DNA of 64,000 bases from an uncultured Chloroflexia bacterium (GCA_963813305.1 CAWEYP010000007.1:67965-131964); one strand, 5' to 3'; positions 21,210-30,653 are shown, counted from the first letter of the stretch. Numbers and translations: made by a program. The notes: generated by a model from the letters alone, not told the origin.

Positions 21210-21257
21210 TACGTAACGTTCCCTATCCGCACAGGAATGCACACGATCCACCGATCT

Positions 21258-24200
21258 TCACAATTGGTCAAGTGGGGGCGGCTCGAGCCCGAGCTCGTCG
21301 CGCATGAACGACGTGTAGTGCTGGTACTGCTCGGCGGCCGCGGCGTGTGCTCCGAGGAGCCGGTACATCTTCACGAGGCTGGCCTCGATCTGGTCGAGCG
21401 TCGGGTCCGTCTCGAGGACGCACCGGGACAGCTCCATCGCCTCGGCGAAGCGCGCGGCCTCCGTGCTCGTCGCGATCGCCCGCTCCATCACCTCGAGGTA
21501 TTGCGCGTGGAGCGACTCGCGGTGGGTCGACGCCCAGTCGTCGTAGGAGAAGTCGAGGGCGAACCTGCCGCGGTACTCCGCTGCGAGCGCCATCACCGCG
21601 GGGAACGCCGGATCGGTGCCGAGGGCTCGCACCTGCTCCCGGCACCGCACGCTGCGGCTGGCGATCAGCTCGGGATCGAGCCAGACGAGCTCGGTGTCCT
21701 GGTTGACGTAGCCGGGCGACAGGTCGTCCGAGTACGCGGGCTCGATGACCCGCCGAAGGAAGTAGACCGTCTGGTGGAGCGAGTTGACGGCCTGGTCGGG
21801 GTCGGTGTCCGGCCACAGGGCGTCGAGGACCTGGTCGCGCGTGGCCGACATCCCCGGCCGGCTGAGGAGGAAGCAGAGGAGGGCAAGCGGCTTCCGCCGC
21901 ATCTCCGTGCCGGGAATGACACGGCCTCCGATCCGGACGATGACCCGGCCCTGGTCCTCCACCCACACCCGGTCGGCCGTCCGCCGCGCCAGCTCTCGCC
22001 CGAGGGACGGTGAACGGAACGGACCCTTTCAGCTCGCGGCTCAGGGCGCGGAGCCGCCGCACGTCGGACTTCTCGCCGACGGCGTCGAGGATCCGGCCGG
22101 CGGCCCAGCGGTCGCGCGCGGCCCCGGCATCCACGACCCCGCGAAGCCCCAGGAGCCAGCGTCGTGGCTGCCGCGAGGCGGCCTGGAGGATGACCTCGAG
22201 CGCCGTGTCATCGAGCTGCCCGAGCCGGGACAGGATGGCCTCGGCGAGGGCCACGACGATCCCGGGCTCGACCGACCACAGGGCCGTGACGCACGACGAC
22301 CCGTCGACGGGATCGCCCTGCAGGCACGCCAGCAGCTGGATCGAGCGCAGGGCGCCCGCCGCGCCCTGGGTGGTCGCCTGGCCTCGCGCTTCCTCGATCA
22401 GGCGATCGGCGTCGTCGGAACGGGCGACGACGGCGGCGACGGCCTGCGCGACCTTCACGCGGACGTAGAACCCCGGGTACCCGGTGTGCCGGCCGCTCGC
22501 GATCCCGTCCAGCGTCGCCGTCGCTTCCGACGGCCTGCCGAGCCGGATCAGGGTCTCGGCGCGGAACAGCGCCAGGTAGGTGTGCTCGGCCGCCGTGCGC
22601 GCTCCCACGGCCTCCGCCTCGGCCAGCAGGGCGCGGCCGCGGTCCGGGTCCACGTAGGCGCCGACGACGTCCGCCGCCTCGAGCAGCGTCTCGAAGCGGT
22701 TCTGCGCGAAGGGTGATGCCAGCGCCGCCTCGATCTCCGAGAGGGCCGCACCGGCGTCTCCGAGGTGCGCGTGCGCCCAGGCCGCGACGGTCCTGACCGT
22801 GTCCATCTCAGGGCCGGCCGACGTCGCGGCCAATGCCTCAAGCGACACTCCTGCGTGATCGAGCGTACGCCGAGGATCCCCAAGCCCGCGGGCGATCCAA
22901 GCTAGGTTGAGGTGGGAGATACCGAAGTAGTGGAGGTGGCCCAGGCGTTGGGCTCGATCCGCGACCGTTGCGAACTCTGCGTCGGCAACAGGGATCTGGC
23001 CGTCAACCATGCTCGCCGCTCCAGCGAGGCAAGCCGCCGCGATTGCCGCGTACACCGGGTCAGTCGCGATGTCGCGCAGTGCTGACGCTGCTTCGACGGC
23101 TCCGACGTACTCCCCGGTGTTCCATTCGACCGTCGTCAGCGTCGCGAGAGCGACGGTGAGGCTGATCGTCGGGTCGCCCTGCGTGGAGGCGGCGAGCGCT
23201 CGCTGGGCCGCCTCGCGTGCCCGGTCGATGTCGCCCTCGCGCAGGAAGGAGCGCGCGGCCAGGGCCTGGGCCCAGCCACCCTGATCCGGCACGCCCCCGC
23301 TCGCGATGAGGTCGACGGCAGCCTGGGCCCCACCAGCGCCGAGGATCTCCTCCAGCGATCCCGAGAGGACCCGTGCGACGTCCTCGGCACGACCCGCCGC
23401 CGCGTAGTGGTGGCCGGCGAGCCACCAGCTGTTCGCCTCCGCCGTCGCTGCGATGCGGGCGTGGATCTCCGCGATGCCAACCGGGCCGACCGCCTCGAGC
23501 AGTCGCCCCTCCAGGAAGCTTCGGACGAGCGGGTGGAGCAGGCGGCCGGCCTGCCCGGTCCGCCCGCGACGTGACAGGAGGCCGGCTTCCTCGGTGATGT
23601 CCAGGAGGTGGCGCGCGTCGGCGAGCGAGACGTCCGCCGCGACCGCGGCCAGCTGGGGCGTGGCGACCTGGAGGAGCGCACAGCGCTCGAGGAAGTCCTG
23701 CATCTCGAGGGGCATCCGGCCGACCACCTCTTCCGCCAGGTAGTCGTGCAGGTCGCCGTGGCGCGCCGAGAGGCCGCGGATCACCGCCCGGATCTCGTCG
23801 CGCGGGCGCCCTCGGACAGCAGTCTCGACCAGGCGCAGCGTGGCGGCCCATCCCTCGGTCGTCCGCGCCAGGTCCTCGAGCAGGTCCGGCTCCAGCGGGT
23901 GCCGGTAGGTCTCGCGGAACAGCCGCTCCATCTCCCCGCGGTCGAAGCGGAGGTCGGTCGTCCCCAGCTCCGCCACCTCGCCGAGCGCGCGCAGGCGGGC
24001 GAGCGGCAGGGTGGGCGCCCGCCGGGTCGAGATCACGAGGGTGAGCCGCTCGGGTCCGCGCACCAGGAGCTCGCGGACGATCTCGCGGACTTCGGGGACG
24101 TCGTCCACCACCTGGTAGTCGTCGAGCAGGAGGGCGGTGGCGCCCGTCACCCATGTCCGGATCTCGGCGAGGAGCGTTCGCACGATGGCCCCCCGGTCGC

Positions 24201-24714
24201 CCATGCCCGCCCCCAGCTCCCGGATGAGGGACATCGTGTTGGGGGCGAACGAGGGATCGATCTCGCGGCCTGCTGCGACGACGTGGTTGACGAAGACGAC
24301 CCAGTCACGGTCGGCCTCGTCCAGGCGATACCAGAGGGTCCGGAGCCGCGTCCGCCGGCTCCAGTCGGCGAGCAGCGTCGTCTTGCCGTAGCCGGCGTCC
24401 GCGACGATGAGCACGAGACGCGAGTGGATCTTCGCGGTCATCCAGCCCAGGAGCCGCTGGCGCTCCAGCGTCTCGACCGGGAGGAACGGCGGCTGGACCT
24501 TGCCGATCTGGACCGGAAAGCCGAAGACGTCGAGATCGCTCACGGACACCTCGACAGGGTGCGGGGCCCCCTCGCCGTCGACCGGCCGCCCCTGGCCGTC
24601 GACCGGCCGGCCCGGCCCGACAGGCACCCGGTCACCCGGCGCGTCGGCGCGTGCGCGCGCCGGGCGTGCCCGACCGGGGGCCAGATCGTAGGGGGGCCGT
24701 GCCATGCGGCCCAT
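21258..24714 (-). CDS. STAND/MalT-like P-loop ATPase with a helical-repeat region and a C-terminal SARP module (OmpR-type wHTH + BTAD); one frame break near 22025
   Basis: ORF 21268..24714: LPVETLERQRLL, IVADAGYGKTTLL (Walker A), ALLLDDYQ (Walker B), long Ala/Leu-rich repeats. ORF 21258..21968: RVIVRIGGRVIPG..RKPLALLCFLL..VLDALWP (wHTH), then ALAAEYRGRFALDFSYDDWA..LVKMYRLLGAHAAAAEQYQHY (BTAD). Confidence 0.8.
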
Positions 24715-24801
24715 GCTGCCGGAAAGCGCTCACCGGCCACTTATCTCTGTTCGTGCGGGAACAACCGACGGGGCGCGCGCCGGGCGCAGGCGGCGCGAGC
24801 C

Positions 24802-25005
24802 TCAGCCGTCGTACTCGAAGCCGATCTTCAGGTCGACCTTGTACTCCACGATCTCGCCGTTCTCGACGACGGCGGTCGACTTCACGACCTCGATCGTGCG
24901 GATGTTGCGGACCGTGCGGGAGGCGGTCGCGACGGCCTGGCGCGCCGCGTCGCTCCACGAGGTCGGGCTGGTGCCGACCATCTCCCGGATGATGATGACG
25001 CCCAT
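24802..25005 (-). CDS. Dodecin-family flavin-binding protein (67 aa)
   Basis: ATG at 25005 with GGAGG 8 nt upstream. MGVIIIREMVGTSPTSWSDAARQAV..ASRTVRNIRTIEVVK..VEYKVDLKIGFEYDG matches the dodecin pattern as I recall it. Confidence 0.75.
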   Translation of the reverse strand: MGVIIIREMVGTSPTSWSDAARQAVATASRTVRNIRTIEVVKSTAVVENGEIVEYKVDLKIGFEYDG

Positions 25006-25073
25006 CGCTGTGCCTCCGAGCGGGGCCGCACGTCTGCGCCGGCCGTCCTCCGGAAGTCTAGGCGCGGGCGACG

Positions 25074-25391
25074 TCAGGCGAGGGGCGCCGGGGCGGGCCG
25101 GACCTGCTCGAAGCACGCGCTGCAGTAGACGGGCTTGTCAGGTCGTGGCGCGAACGGCACGACGGCCTGGCCTCCGCAGCTGTGGCAGACCGCCGCGTGG
25201 AACTCGCGCGGGCCGCCGCTGGAGCGCGCCTGTTTGGCGGCCGCCCGGCAGCCGGCACAGCGCTGCGGATCGTTCAGGAGCCCCTTGCCGGCGTAGAAGG
25301 CCTGCTCGCCGGAGGTGAACACGAACTGCATGCCGCAATCGCGGCAGGTGAGCTCTCGGTCCTCGTACACGTGCGGCCCTTCCACCCACAT
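25074..25391 (-). CDS. Double zinc-ribbon protein (CxxC..CxxC, CxxC..CxxC)
   Basis: LTCRDCGMQFVFTSGEQAFY..PQRCAGCR, then AVCHSCGGQAVVPF..PVYCSACF. GGAGG is upstream. The start is ATG 25391 or the GTG 6 nt downstream. Confidence 0.7.
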   Translation of the reverse strand: MWVEGPHVYEDRELTCRDCGMQFVFTSGEQAFYAGKGLLNDPQRCAGCRAAAKQARSSGGPREFHAAVCHSCGGQAVVPFAPRPDKPVYCSACFEQVRPAPAPLA

Positions 25392-25442
25392 GCCTCCGCG
25401 GCGCGTGCTGGACCTCCTCGCCGGTCCCCGTTCGCAACCGGA

Positions 25443-25538
25443 CCCGCAATGGATTGCGGGACGATACCGGACGAATCGGGCCGGCACAACGGGCTTCTTC
25501 GGGAACCGCGGGCAGCGCCGGTCGGGAACCGCGGGCAG
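25443..25538. promoter_or_regulatory. Divergent-promoter region with inverted repeat CCCGCAA-N4-TTGCGGG and a 17-nt direct repeat x2
   Basis: Inverted repeat at 25443-25460. TCGGGAACCGCGGGCAG occurs at 25499-25515 and again at 25522-25538 (period 23). Confidence 0.4.
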
Positions 25539-25559
25539 TGCCGTGCCGTCCTGTGTGCC

Positions 25560-26535
25560 ATGTGGAAGCCAATCGATCGCCGACTCGTCGTGGCAGGCCT
25601 CGCGTCCGCCTTCGTCCTCGCAGCGTGCTCCGGCGGCGCGTCCCCGTCGCCCTCGGCTCCTCCCGCCACGCCGGGTAGCTCCGGCAGTCCGGGCTCTTCC
25701 GCGACCCCGGCCGGCTCGCCCGAGGCGTCCCCGAGCGGCGCCACCGGGTCGATCGACCATCCGACCGGCGAGGCCGAGCTGGTCCTGCGCTTCGAGGAGG
25801 GCGGCGGGTTCGTGATGCCGACCTTCGCCATGATCCAGGTGCCCTCGTTCTCGCTCTATGGCGACGGGACCGTGATCTACCGGCCCTGCCTCCGAGCCGT
25901 TCCCCGAGACGCGGCCGGGCGAGCCGATGCGCTTTCCCGCACTGAGGGTCGCGCGGATGACCGAGGCGCAGGTCCAGGCGCTCCTCGCCGACGCCCTGGG
26001 GCCGGCGGGCCTGGGTGTGGCCAAGCCCAGCTACGAGAACATGCAGGTGGCCGACGCCCCGACGGCGGTCTTCACGTTCGACGCCGACGGCCGCCAGAAG
26101 CGGATCAGTGTCTACGCCCTTGGCATGGCGATGGAGGATCCGGCCAACCCGAACCCGGACCTGCCCATCCTGACCGCGATGGCGGCATTCGCCGAGCGGC
26201 TCCGCAACTTCGACCAGGAGATCGGCAAGGGGAACGCGACGGACGTCGGGCTCTACGCCCCGACGCACTTCCGTGCCTCGCTCCTCGAGGGCGGTCCCGG
26301 GGCCGACGGGGTGCCGCGCCCGTGGCCGTGGCCGACGTTCGGCCCGGATGCCTTCACGGTCGTCGACGAGTCGACCGGCTTCGGCTTCCCGTCGAAGGCC
26401 CTGAGCGGTATCGAGATGTCGCTGTTGGGCCTCGCGAATCCCGAGGGCGGCGTGTCGGGGATCTCGGTCATCGGCCCGAACGGCACGGTCTACGGACTGG
26501 GCCTCCGCCCGCTGCTGCCGGACGAGCAGCGCTGA
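25560..26535 (+). CDS. Lipoprotein of unknown function; frame break near 25883
   Basis: MWKPIDRRLVVAGLASAFVLAAC (lipobox), a Ser/Pro-rich linker, then ..FSLYGDGTVIYR joins the frame of ORF 25927..26535 (GPASEPFPETRPGEPMRFPALRV..). Confidence 0.65.
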
Positions 26536-26550
26536 CCCGGCGTCGCATCG

Positions 26551-28005
26551 CTACGGGGCTGCGCCGCTGTAGCGTTCGCCGGCGTAGCTGACGAACCGCG
26601 TCTGGCTCTTCTTGAACCACAGGTCGATCTCGCCGGTCGGCCCGTTGCGATGCTTGGACAGGCGGAGCTTGATGACCTCGCCGTCGGCGTCGTGGTCCTC
26701 GCCACCACGCTCCTTCTCGCGCCACAGGAAGATGACGAGGTCGCTGTCCTGCTCGATGCTGCCCGACTCGCGCAGATCGGACAGCCGCGGCTCCTTCGAT
26801 TCGCGCATCTCCGGCTGGCGGGAGAGCTGCGACAGGGCCACGACGGGCACCTTCAGCTCACGGGCCAGCGCCTTCAGGCCGCGACTGATCTCGGAGACTT
26901 CCTGGACGCGGTTGGCGTCCTTCGTGGTGGTCGACGACTGCATCAGCTGGAGGTAGTCGACGATGACGAGGTCGAGGCCCACCTCGGCCTGGAGCCGTCG
27001 GGCCTTCGTCCGCAGCTCCATCGTGCTGATGTTCGGCGTGTCGTCGATGTAGATGGGCGCCTCGGAGAGAGCCGTCATCGCCTTCGAGACGCCGACGAAG
27101 TCCATCTCGTCGAGGAAGCCGGTCCGCAGGCGCTGGCTGTCGATGCCGCCGACGGACGAGAGGAGCCGCAGCACGAGCTGCTCCTTGCTCATCTCCAGGC
27201 TGAAGATGCCGACCGACTTCGCCGGCGTGCCGATCGCCGCGTACTCGGCGATGTTGAGCGCCAGGCTCGTCTTGCCGACCGACGGGCGTGCAGCCACGAT
27301 CACGAGGTCGGACGGCTGCAGGCCGGTCGTGAGCGCATCGAGGTCCGGGAAGCCGGTCCGGACGCCGCTGATCTCGCCGCGGTGGGTGTGCAGGTAGTCG
27401 AGCCGGTCGAAGGCGTCGTGGAGAAGCTGCTTGAGGGGGCTGAAGCCGGCCGCGAGCCGGCGCTCCGAGACTGCGTACAGCTCCGACTCGGCGCGATCGA
27501 TCGCCTCCTGGACCTCCGGCGTGTCCTCGTAGCCGATGCCGGCAATTCGCCCGGCGGCGGCGATGAGGTTCCGCAGGACGGCCTTGCGCTCGACGATGCG
27601 GGCGTACTGCGCCGCGAAGACCGCCGTCGGCGTCTGCTCGGAGAGCGACGACAGGTAGCCGCGGCCGCCGATCGTCTCGAGGTTGCCGGCCCGCTCGAGC
27701 GACTCGGCCACGGTGATGATGTCGATCGGCTCGCGACGCTCCCAGAGGTCGAGCATCGCGGAGTAGATCGTCCCGTTGGCCTGGCGGTAGAAGTCGGCCG
27801 GACGGAGGACGTCCGCAACCTCGATGATGGCGTCGCGGTCGATCAGGAGGGCGCCGAGGACCGACTGCTCGGCCTCGAGGCTCTGGGGCGGAAGGCGGTC
27901 GACGGACACGTGGACTCCGGGTGCTCTTGCGGGATCACCGACATCGTGACGGGTGGCGCCGCCCGACGCGAGTGGGTTGTCCACGAGTCCGGACACGACA
28001 TCCAC
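26551..28005 (-). CDS. dnaB: Replicative DNA helicase DnaB (no intein)
   Basis: Intact 484-aa ORF. PPQSLEAEQSVLGALLID, VIVAARPSVGKTSLALNI (Walker A), LVIVDYLQLM, SQLSRQPE. The real start may be up to 35 codons downstream of GTG 28005. Confidence 0.95.
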   Translation of the reverse strand: MDVVSGLVDNPLASGGATRHDVGDPARAPGVHVSVDRLPPQSLEAEQSVLGALLIDRDAIIEVADVLRPADFYRQANGTIYSAMLDLWERREPIDIITVAESLERAGNLETIGGRGYLSSLSEQTPTAVFAAQYARIVERKAVLRNLIAAAGRIAGIGYEDTPEVQEAIDRAESELYAVSERRLAAGFSPLKQLLHDAFDRLDYLHTHRGEISGVRTGFPDLDALTTGLQPSDLVIVAARPSVGKTSLALNIAEYAAIGTPAKSVGIFSLEMSKEQLVLRLLSSVGGIDSQRLRTGFLDEMDFVGVSKAMTALSEAPIYIDDTPNISTMELRTKARRLQAEVGLDLVIVDYLQLMQSSTTTKDANRVQEVSEISRGLKALARELKVPVVALSQLSRQPEMRESKEPRLSDLRESGSIEQDSDLVIFLWREKERGGEDHDADGEVIKLRLSKHRNGPTGEIDLWFKKSQTRFVSYAGERYSGAAP

Positions 28006-28076
28006 GAGGTGGCCCGCGAGTCGCCGGATCCTGTGGACGGGATGTGGACGAGGCTCCCGGGGCGTCCGGCCACGGT

Positions 28077-28727
28077 TCAGTCGAGGCGGCGGATGACCCC
28101 GATCAGCTTTCCCTGGATGCGGACGTCGTCGTAGAACTGCGGCGGGTACTGCGGGTTCGCAGGCTGAAGCCGGACGCGCCCGTCCTCCTTGAAGAACCGC
28201 TTCAGCGTGACCGCGTTCTCCTCCACCTGGGCGACGACGATGTCGCCGTTGCGGGCGGTCTGCTGTGGCCGGATCACCACGTAGTCGCCGTCCGCGATCA
28301 GGGCGTCGATCATCGAGTCGCCGCGGACGCGAAGGAGGTAGGCATCGCCGGACGGGGCGAGGAGGTCCGGGATGGCGCGGTACTCGTCGGCGCTGGCGTA
28401 CGCCTCGATCGGGCCGCCGGCCGCGATCTCGCCGATCACCGGGAGCACGTGCGCCTCGACGGCGTGCGACTGCGGCGTCAGCTCCGCCGAGAGCCCCATC
28501 ATCAGGGCCGCCTTGGGCGTGAGCCGGATCATCCGCGACTGCGATGCGCCGCGGTCGAGGTAGCCCTCCTCTTCGAGGGCGCGGAGGTGGTGATGGACGG
28601 CGGAGGTCGAGGCGAGCCCGACCGCGCGCGCGATCTCCCGGACCGACGGCGGCACGCCGTTGGCCCGGATCATCGCGGCGATGTAGTCGAGGATCTTCCG
28701 CTTGCGCTCGGCATCGTGCCTGGTCAC
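28077..28727 (-). CDS. lexA: LexA repressor
   Basis: GTG at 28727 with AAGGAG 5 nt upstream. RKRKILDYIAAMIRANGVPPSVREIARAVGL (HTH), VIGEIAAGGPIEA (cleavage site AG), RVRGDSM (Ser), VTLKRF (Lys). Confidence 0.95.
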   Translation of the reverse strand: MTRHDAERKRKILDYIAAMIRANGVPPSVREIARAVGLASTSAVHHHLRALEEEGYLDRGASQSRMIRLTPKAALMMGLSAELTPQSHAVEAHVLPVIGEIAAGGPIEAYASADEYRAIPDLLAPSGDAYLLRVRGDSMIDALIADGDYVVIRPQQTARNGDIVVAQVEENAVTLKRFFKEDGRVRLQPANPQYPPQFYDDVRIQGKLIGVIRRLD

Positions 28728-28755
28728 GCGTGCTCCTTTCCCGGCCGTTGACGGC

Positions 28756-28784
28756 AGAGTACCGAACACCCGTTCGATTGTCAA
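28756..28784 (-). promoter_or_regulatory. lexA promoter with embedded LexA (SOS/Cheo-type) box
   Basis: The minus strand reads TTGACAatCGAACGGGTGTTCGgTACTCT. The box is at 28763-28776 (GAAC-N4-GTTC). Confidence 0.75.
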
Positions 28785-29032
28785 GGAGCGCCGCAGCCGG
28801 GGGTCTGGGGCGGCAGTAGGCCGGGCACCGGTCTGCGGCAGGCGGCAGGCGTTGACCTCAGCGGGCGACAAGCCTGGTTCGGGGTTCCATCAGGCGGCCG
28901 GACGGCCGCATACTGGTCCATCAGAGCGCCGTTCGGCACTGTCCGGGGTCGGGGGCCGCTCCCACCATCGCACCACGGCGGGGCACGGGCGCCATGGGCA
29001 CCCGGTCCCGGGCGCACGGCTGAGGTGTCGTC

Positions 29033-29443
29033 ATGACCCGCGTCCTCGTCATCCACCACGACATCGACCTTTCGGACCAGGAGGTGGACAGCCTGCGCCG
29101 GAGGGGCTACGACGCGCGCCAGTGCCTGGGGCCGATCGGCGCGAGCTGTCCGATCCTGAACGGCCTGACCTGCGAGCTGGCCGAGGGGGCCGACGTCCTC
29201 GTCTACGACGCCTTCGTGACGGGCGAGCCGGACGGCGCCCAGGCGCTGATCGAGGGTATGCGCGAGATGCACCCCGAGGTCCCGATCGTGCTCGTCGCCT
29301 CCGGCATGGAGCCCGCGTGGATGGAGACGGCCGGCCTGCACGGCGTGACGCCGCTCGTCGGGCGGCCGACCGGTGAGCGCCTCGCCGAGGCGATCGAGGC
29401 GGCCCTGGCGGGCAGCGGCGGCCCCGGCGGACCGGACTGCTAG
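29033..29443 (+). CDS. Stand-alone atypical receiver (CheY-like) domain protein with a Cys-containing insertion
   Basis: GAGGTG RBS. RVLVIHHDID.. / ADVLVYDAFV (Asp at the phospho-acceptor position) / IVLVASG / PLVGRP (Arg where the conserved Lys is). Insert: CLGPIGASCPILNGLTC. Confidence 0.6.
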   Translation: MTRVLVIHHDIDLSDQEVDSLRRRGYDARQCLGPIGASCPILNGLTCELAEGADVLVYDAFVTGEPDGAQALIEGMREMHPEVPIVLVASGMEPAWMETAGLHGVTPLVGRPTGERLAEAIEAALAGSGGPGGPDC

Positions 29444-29475
29444 ACTTTCCGTTCGCCCGCGCACGGCACGCGGGC

Positions 29476-30039
29476 TTGAAGCGGAGCATCCCGACGAGGA
29501 TGGCGGACCCCACGAACAAGCCTTCGACGGCGACGGTGCCGTCGCGACGGCGGCGCGGCGCACGCCGCCGGATGATCGGTCGCACGATTACCCTGCTGGC
29601 TCTCCTGCCGCTCGCCGCCCGGCTGCCGGTCCACGCCCGGATCCTGGTCGGGCTCCTCGGCGATCCGCGGGTGCCGGCGTCGCGCAAGGCGCTGCTGGCC
29701 GGAGCCCTCGGCTACGTCGTCTCGCCGATCGACCTGATCCCCGACCGGTTCCCGCTGCTCGGCGTCCTCGACGACCTCGTGGTTGCCGCGCTCGCCATGG
29801 ACACGTTCCTCGCCGGCGTGCCCGACGAGGTCCTCGAGGAGCAGCTGGAGGCCGTGGGCCTCCCGCGGGTCGCATTCGACGAGGACGTTCTTCGCGTCCG
29901 GCGGCTCGTGCCGCGACCCATTCGCCGCATCGTCCACCGCATCCCCGCCGTGCTCCAGCTCGGGGCCCGCCTCCTCCACGAGGCCGACCTGGGAACGCGC
30001 GTTCGGGGCCTGCTCGACAAGGAGGGTTCTCCCGCGTGA
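29476..30039 (+). CDS. DUF1232/YkvA-family membrane protein
   Basis: LLAGALGYVVSPIDLIPDRFPLLGVLDDLVVAALAM (DUF1232 core). TTG 29476 is the track start; ATG 29500 is an alternative start. Confidence 0.65.
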   Translation: MKRSIPTRMADPTNKPSTATVPSRRRRGARRRMIGRTITLLALLPLAARLPVHARILVGLLGDPRVPASRKALLAGALGYVVSPIDLIPDRFPLLGVLDDLVVAALAMDTFLAGVPDEVLEEQLEAVGLPRVAFDEDVLRVRRLVPRPIRRIVHRIPAVLQLGARLLHEADLGTRVRGLLDKEGSPA

Positions 30040-30482
30040 AGGTCATCCTGACCAGCGACGTCGCCAAGCTCGGCAAGAGCGGCGAGATGAAGGACGTAAC
30101 CGAAGGCTACGCCCGCAACTTCCTGATCCCGAAGAAGCTCGCCGTGCCGGCCGCCGGCGGGGCCTACCGCGCCTGGCAGCACGACATCGCGAATCGCGAG
30201 GAGAAGCGTCAGCGCGAGCGCGGCGACGCCGAGATCGCGGCCACCCGGATCAGCTCCACCACGCTCACGATGGGCGTCAAGGTGGGCGAGGGCGGCAAGC
30301 TGTACGGCTCGATCACCGCCCAGGACATCGCCGACGCGCTGGGTCGCCGCGGAATCACGGTCGACAAGCACAAGGTCGACCTCGACCAGCCGCTCAAGTC
30401 GCTCGGCACGTACAAGGTCGCCGTCAAGGTCTATGCGGGCATGACGCCCGAGGTCACGGTCATCGTCGAGCCCAAGGGCTGA
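30036..30482 (+). CDS. rplI: 50S ribosomal protein L9
   Basis: GTG at 30036 overlaps the upstream TGA (GTGA). AAGGAGGG lies 9 nt upstream. VKVILTSDVAKLGKSGEMKDVTEGYARNFLIPKKLA.. Confidence 0.95.
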   Translation: MKVILTSDVAKLGKSGEMKDVTEGYARNFLIPKKLAVPAAGGAYRAWQHDIANREEKRQRERGDAEIAATRISSTTLTMGVKVGEGGKLYGSITAQDIADALGRRGITVDKHKVDLDQPLKSLGTYKVAVKVYAGMTPEVTVIVEPKG

Positions 30483-30653
30483 CCTCCCGGAGCTGCCAAC
30501 CGCGCGTCCCACCGGCCTGGCTGCTGAGAAGCGCGGCCCCCATGCTCCGGGCTCCTCTCGAAGTGCCCGTTCGAGCCCAACCTCGAGCACGAGCTGCGGG
30601 AATCCCAGCAGCCTGGCTGCTGGTCGCCGAGACGGGCCCCGCCCGCGCGACCC

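Noticed and set aside
20780-21257. Low-GC island as a mobile element or prophage remnant.
   Set aside because: I found no integrase, transposase, terminal inverted repeats, flanking direct repeats or tRNA target. At 480 nt it is too short.
24802-26024. N-terminal extensions of the dodecin ORF (24802..25116) and the zinc-ribbon ORF (25074..26024) as given in the ORF track.
   Set aside because: The extensions are Arg/Pro/Gly-rich. The conserved domains start at internal ATG or GTG codons that have GGAGG ribosome-binding sites (25005 and 25391).
26551-28005. Intein or other insertion in dnaB.
   Set aside because: The 484-aa length and the continuous helicase motifs leave no room for an intein.
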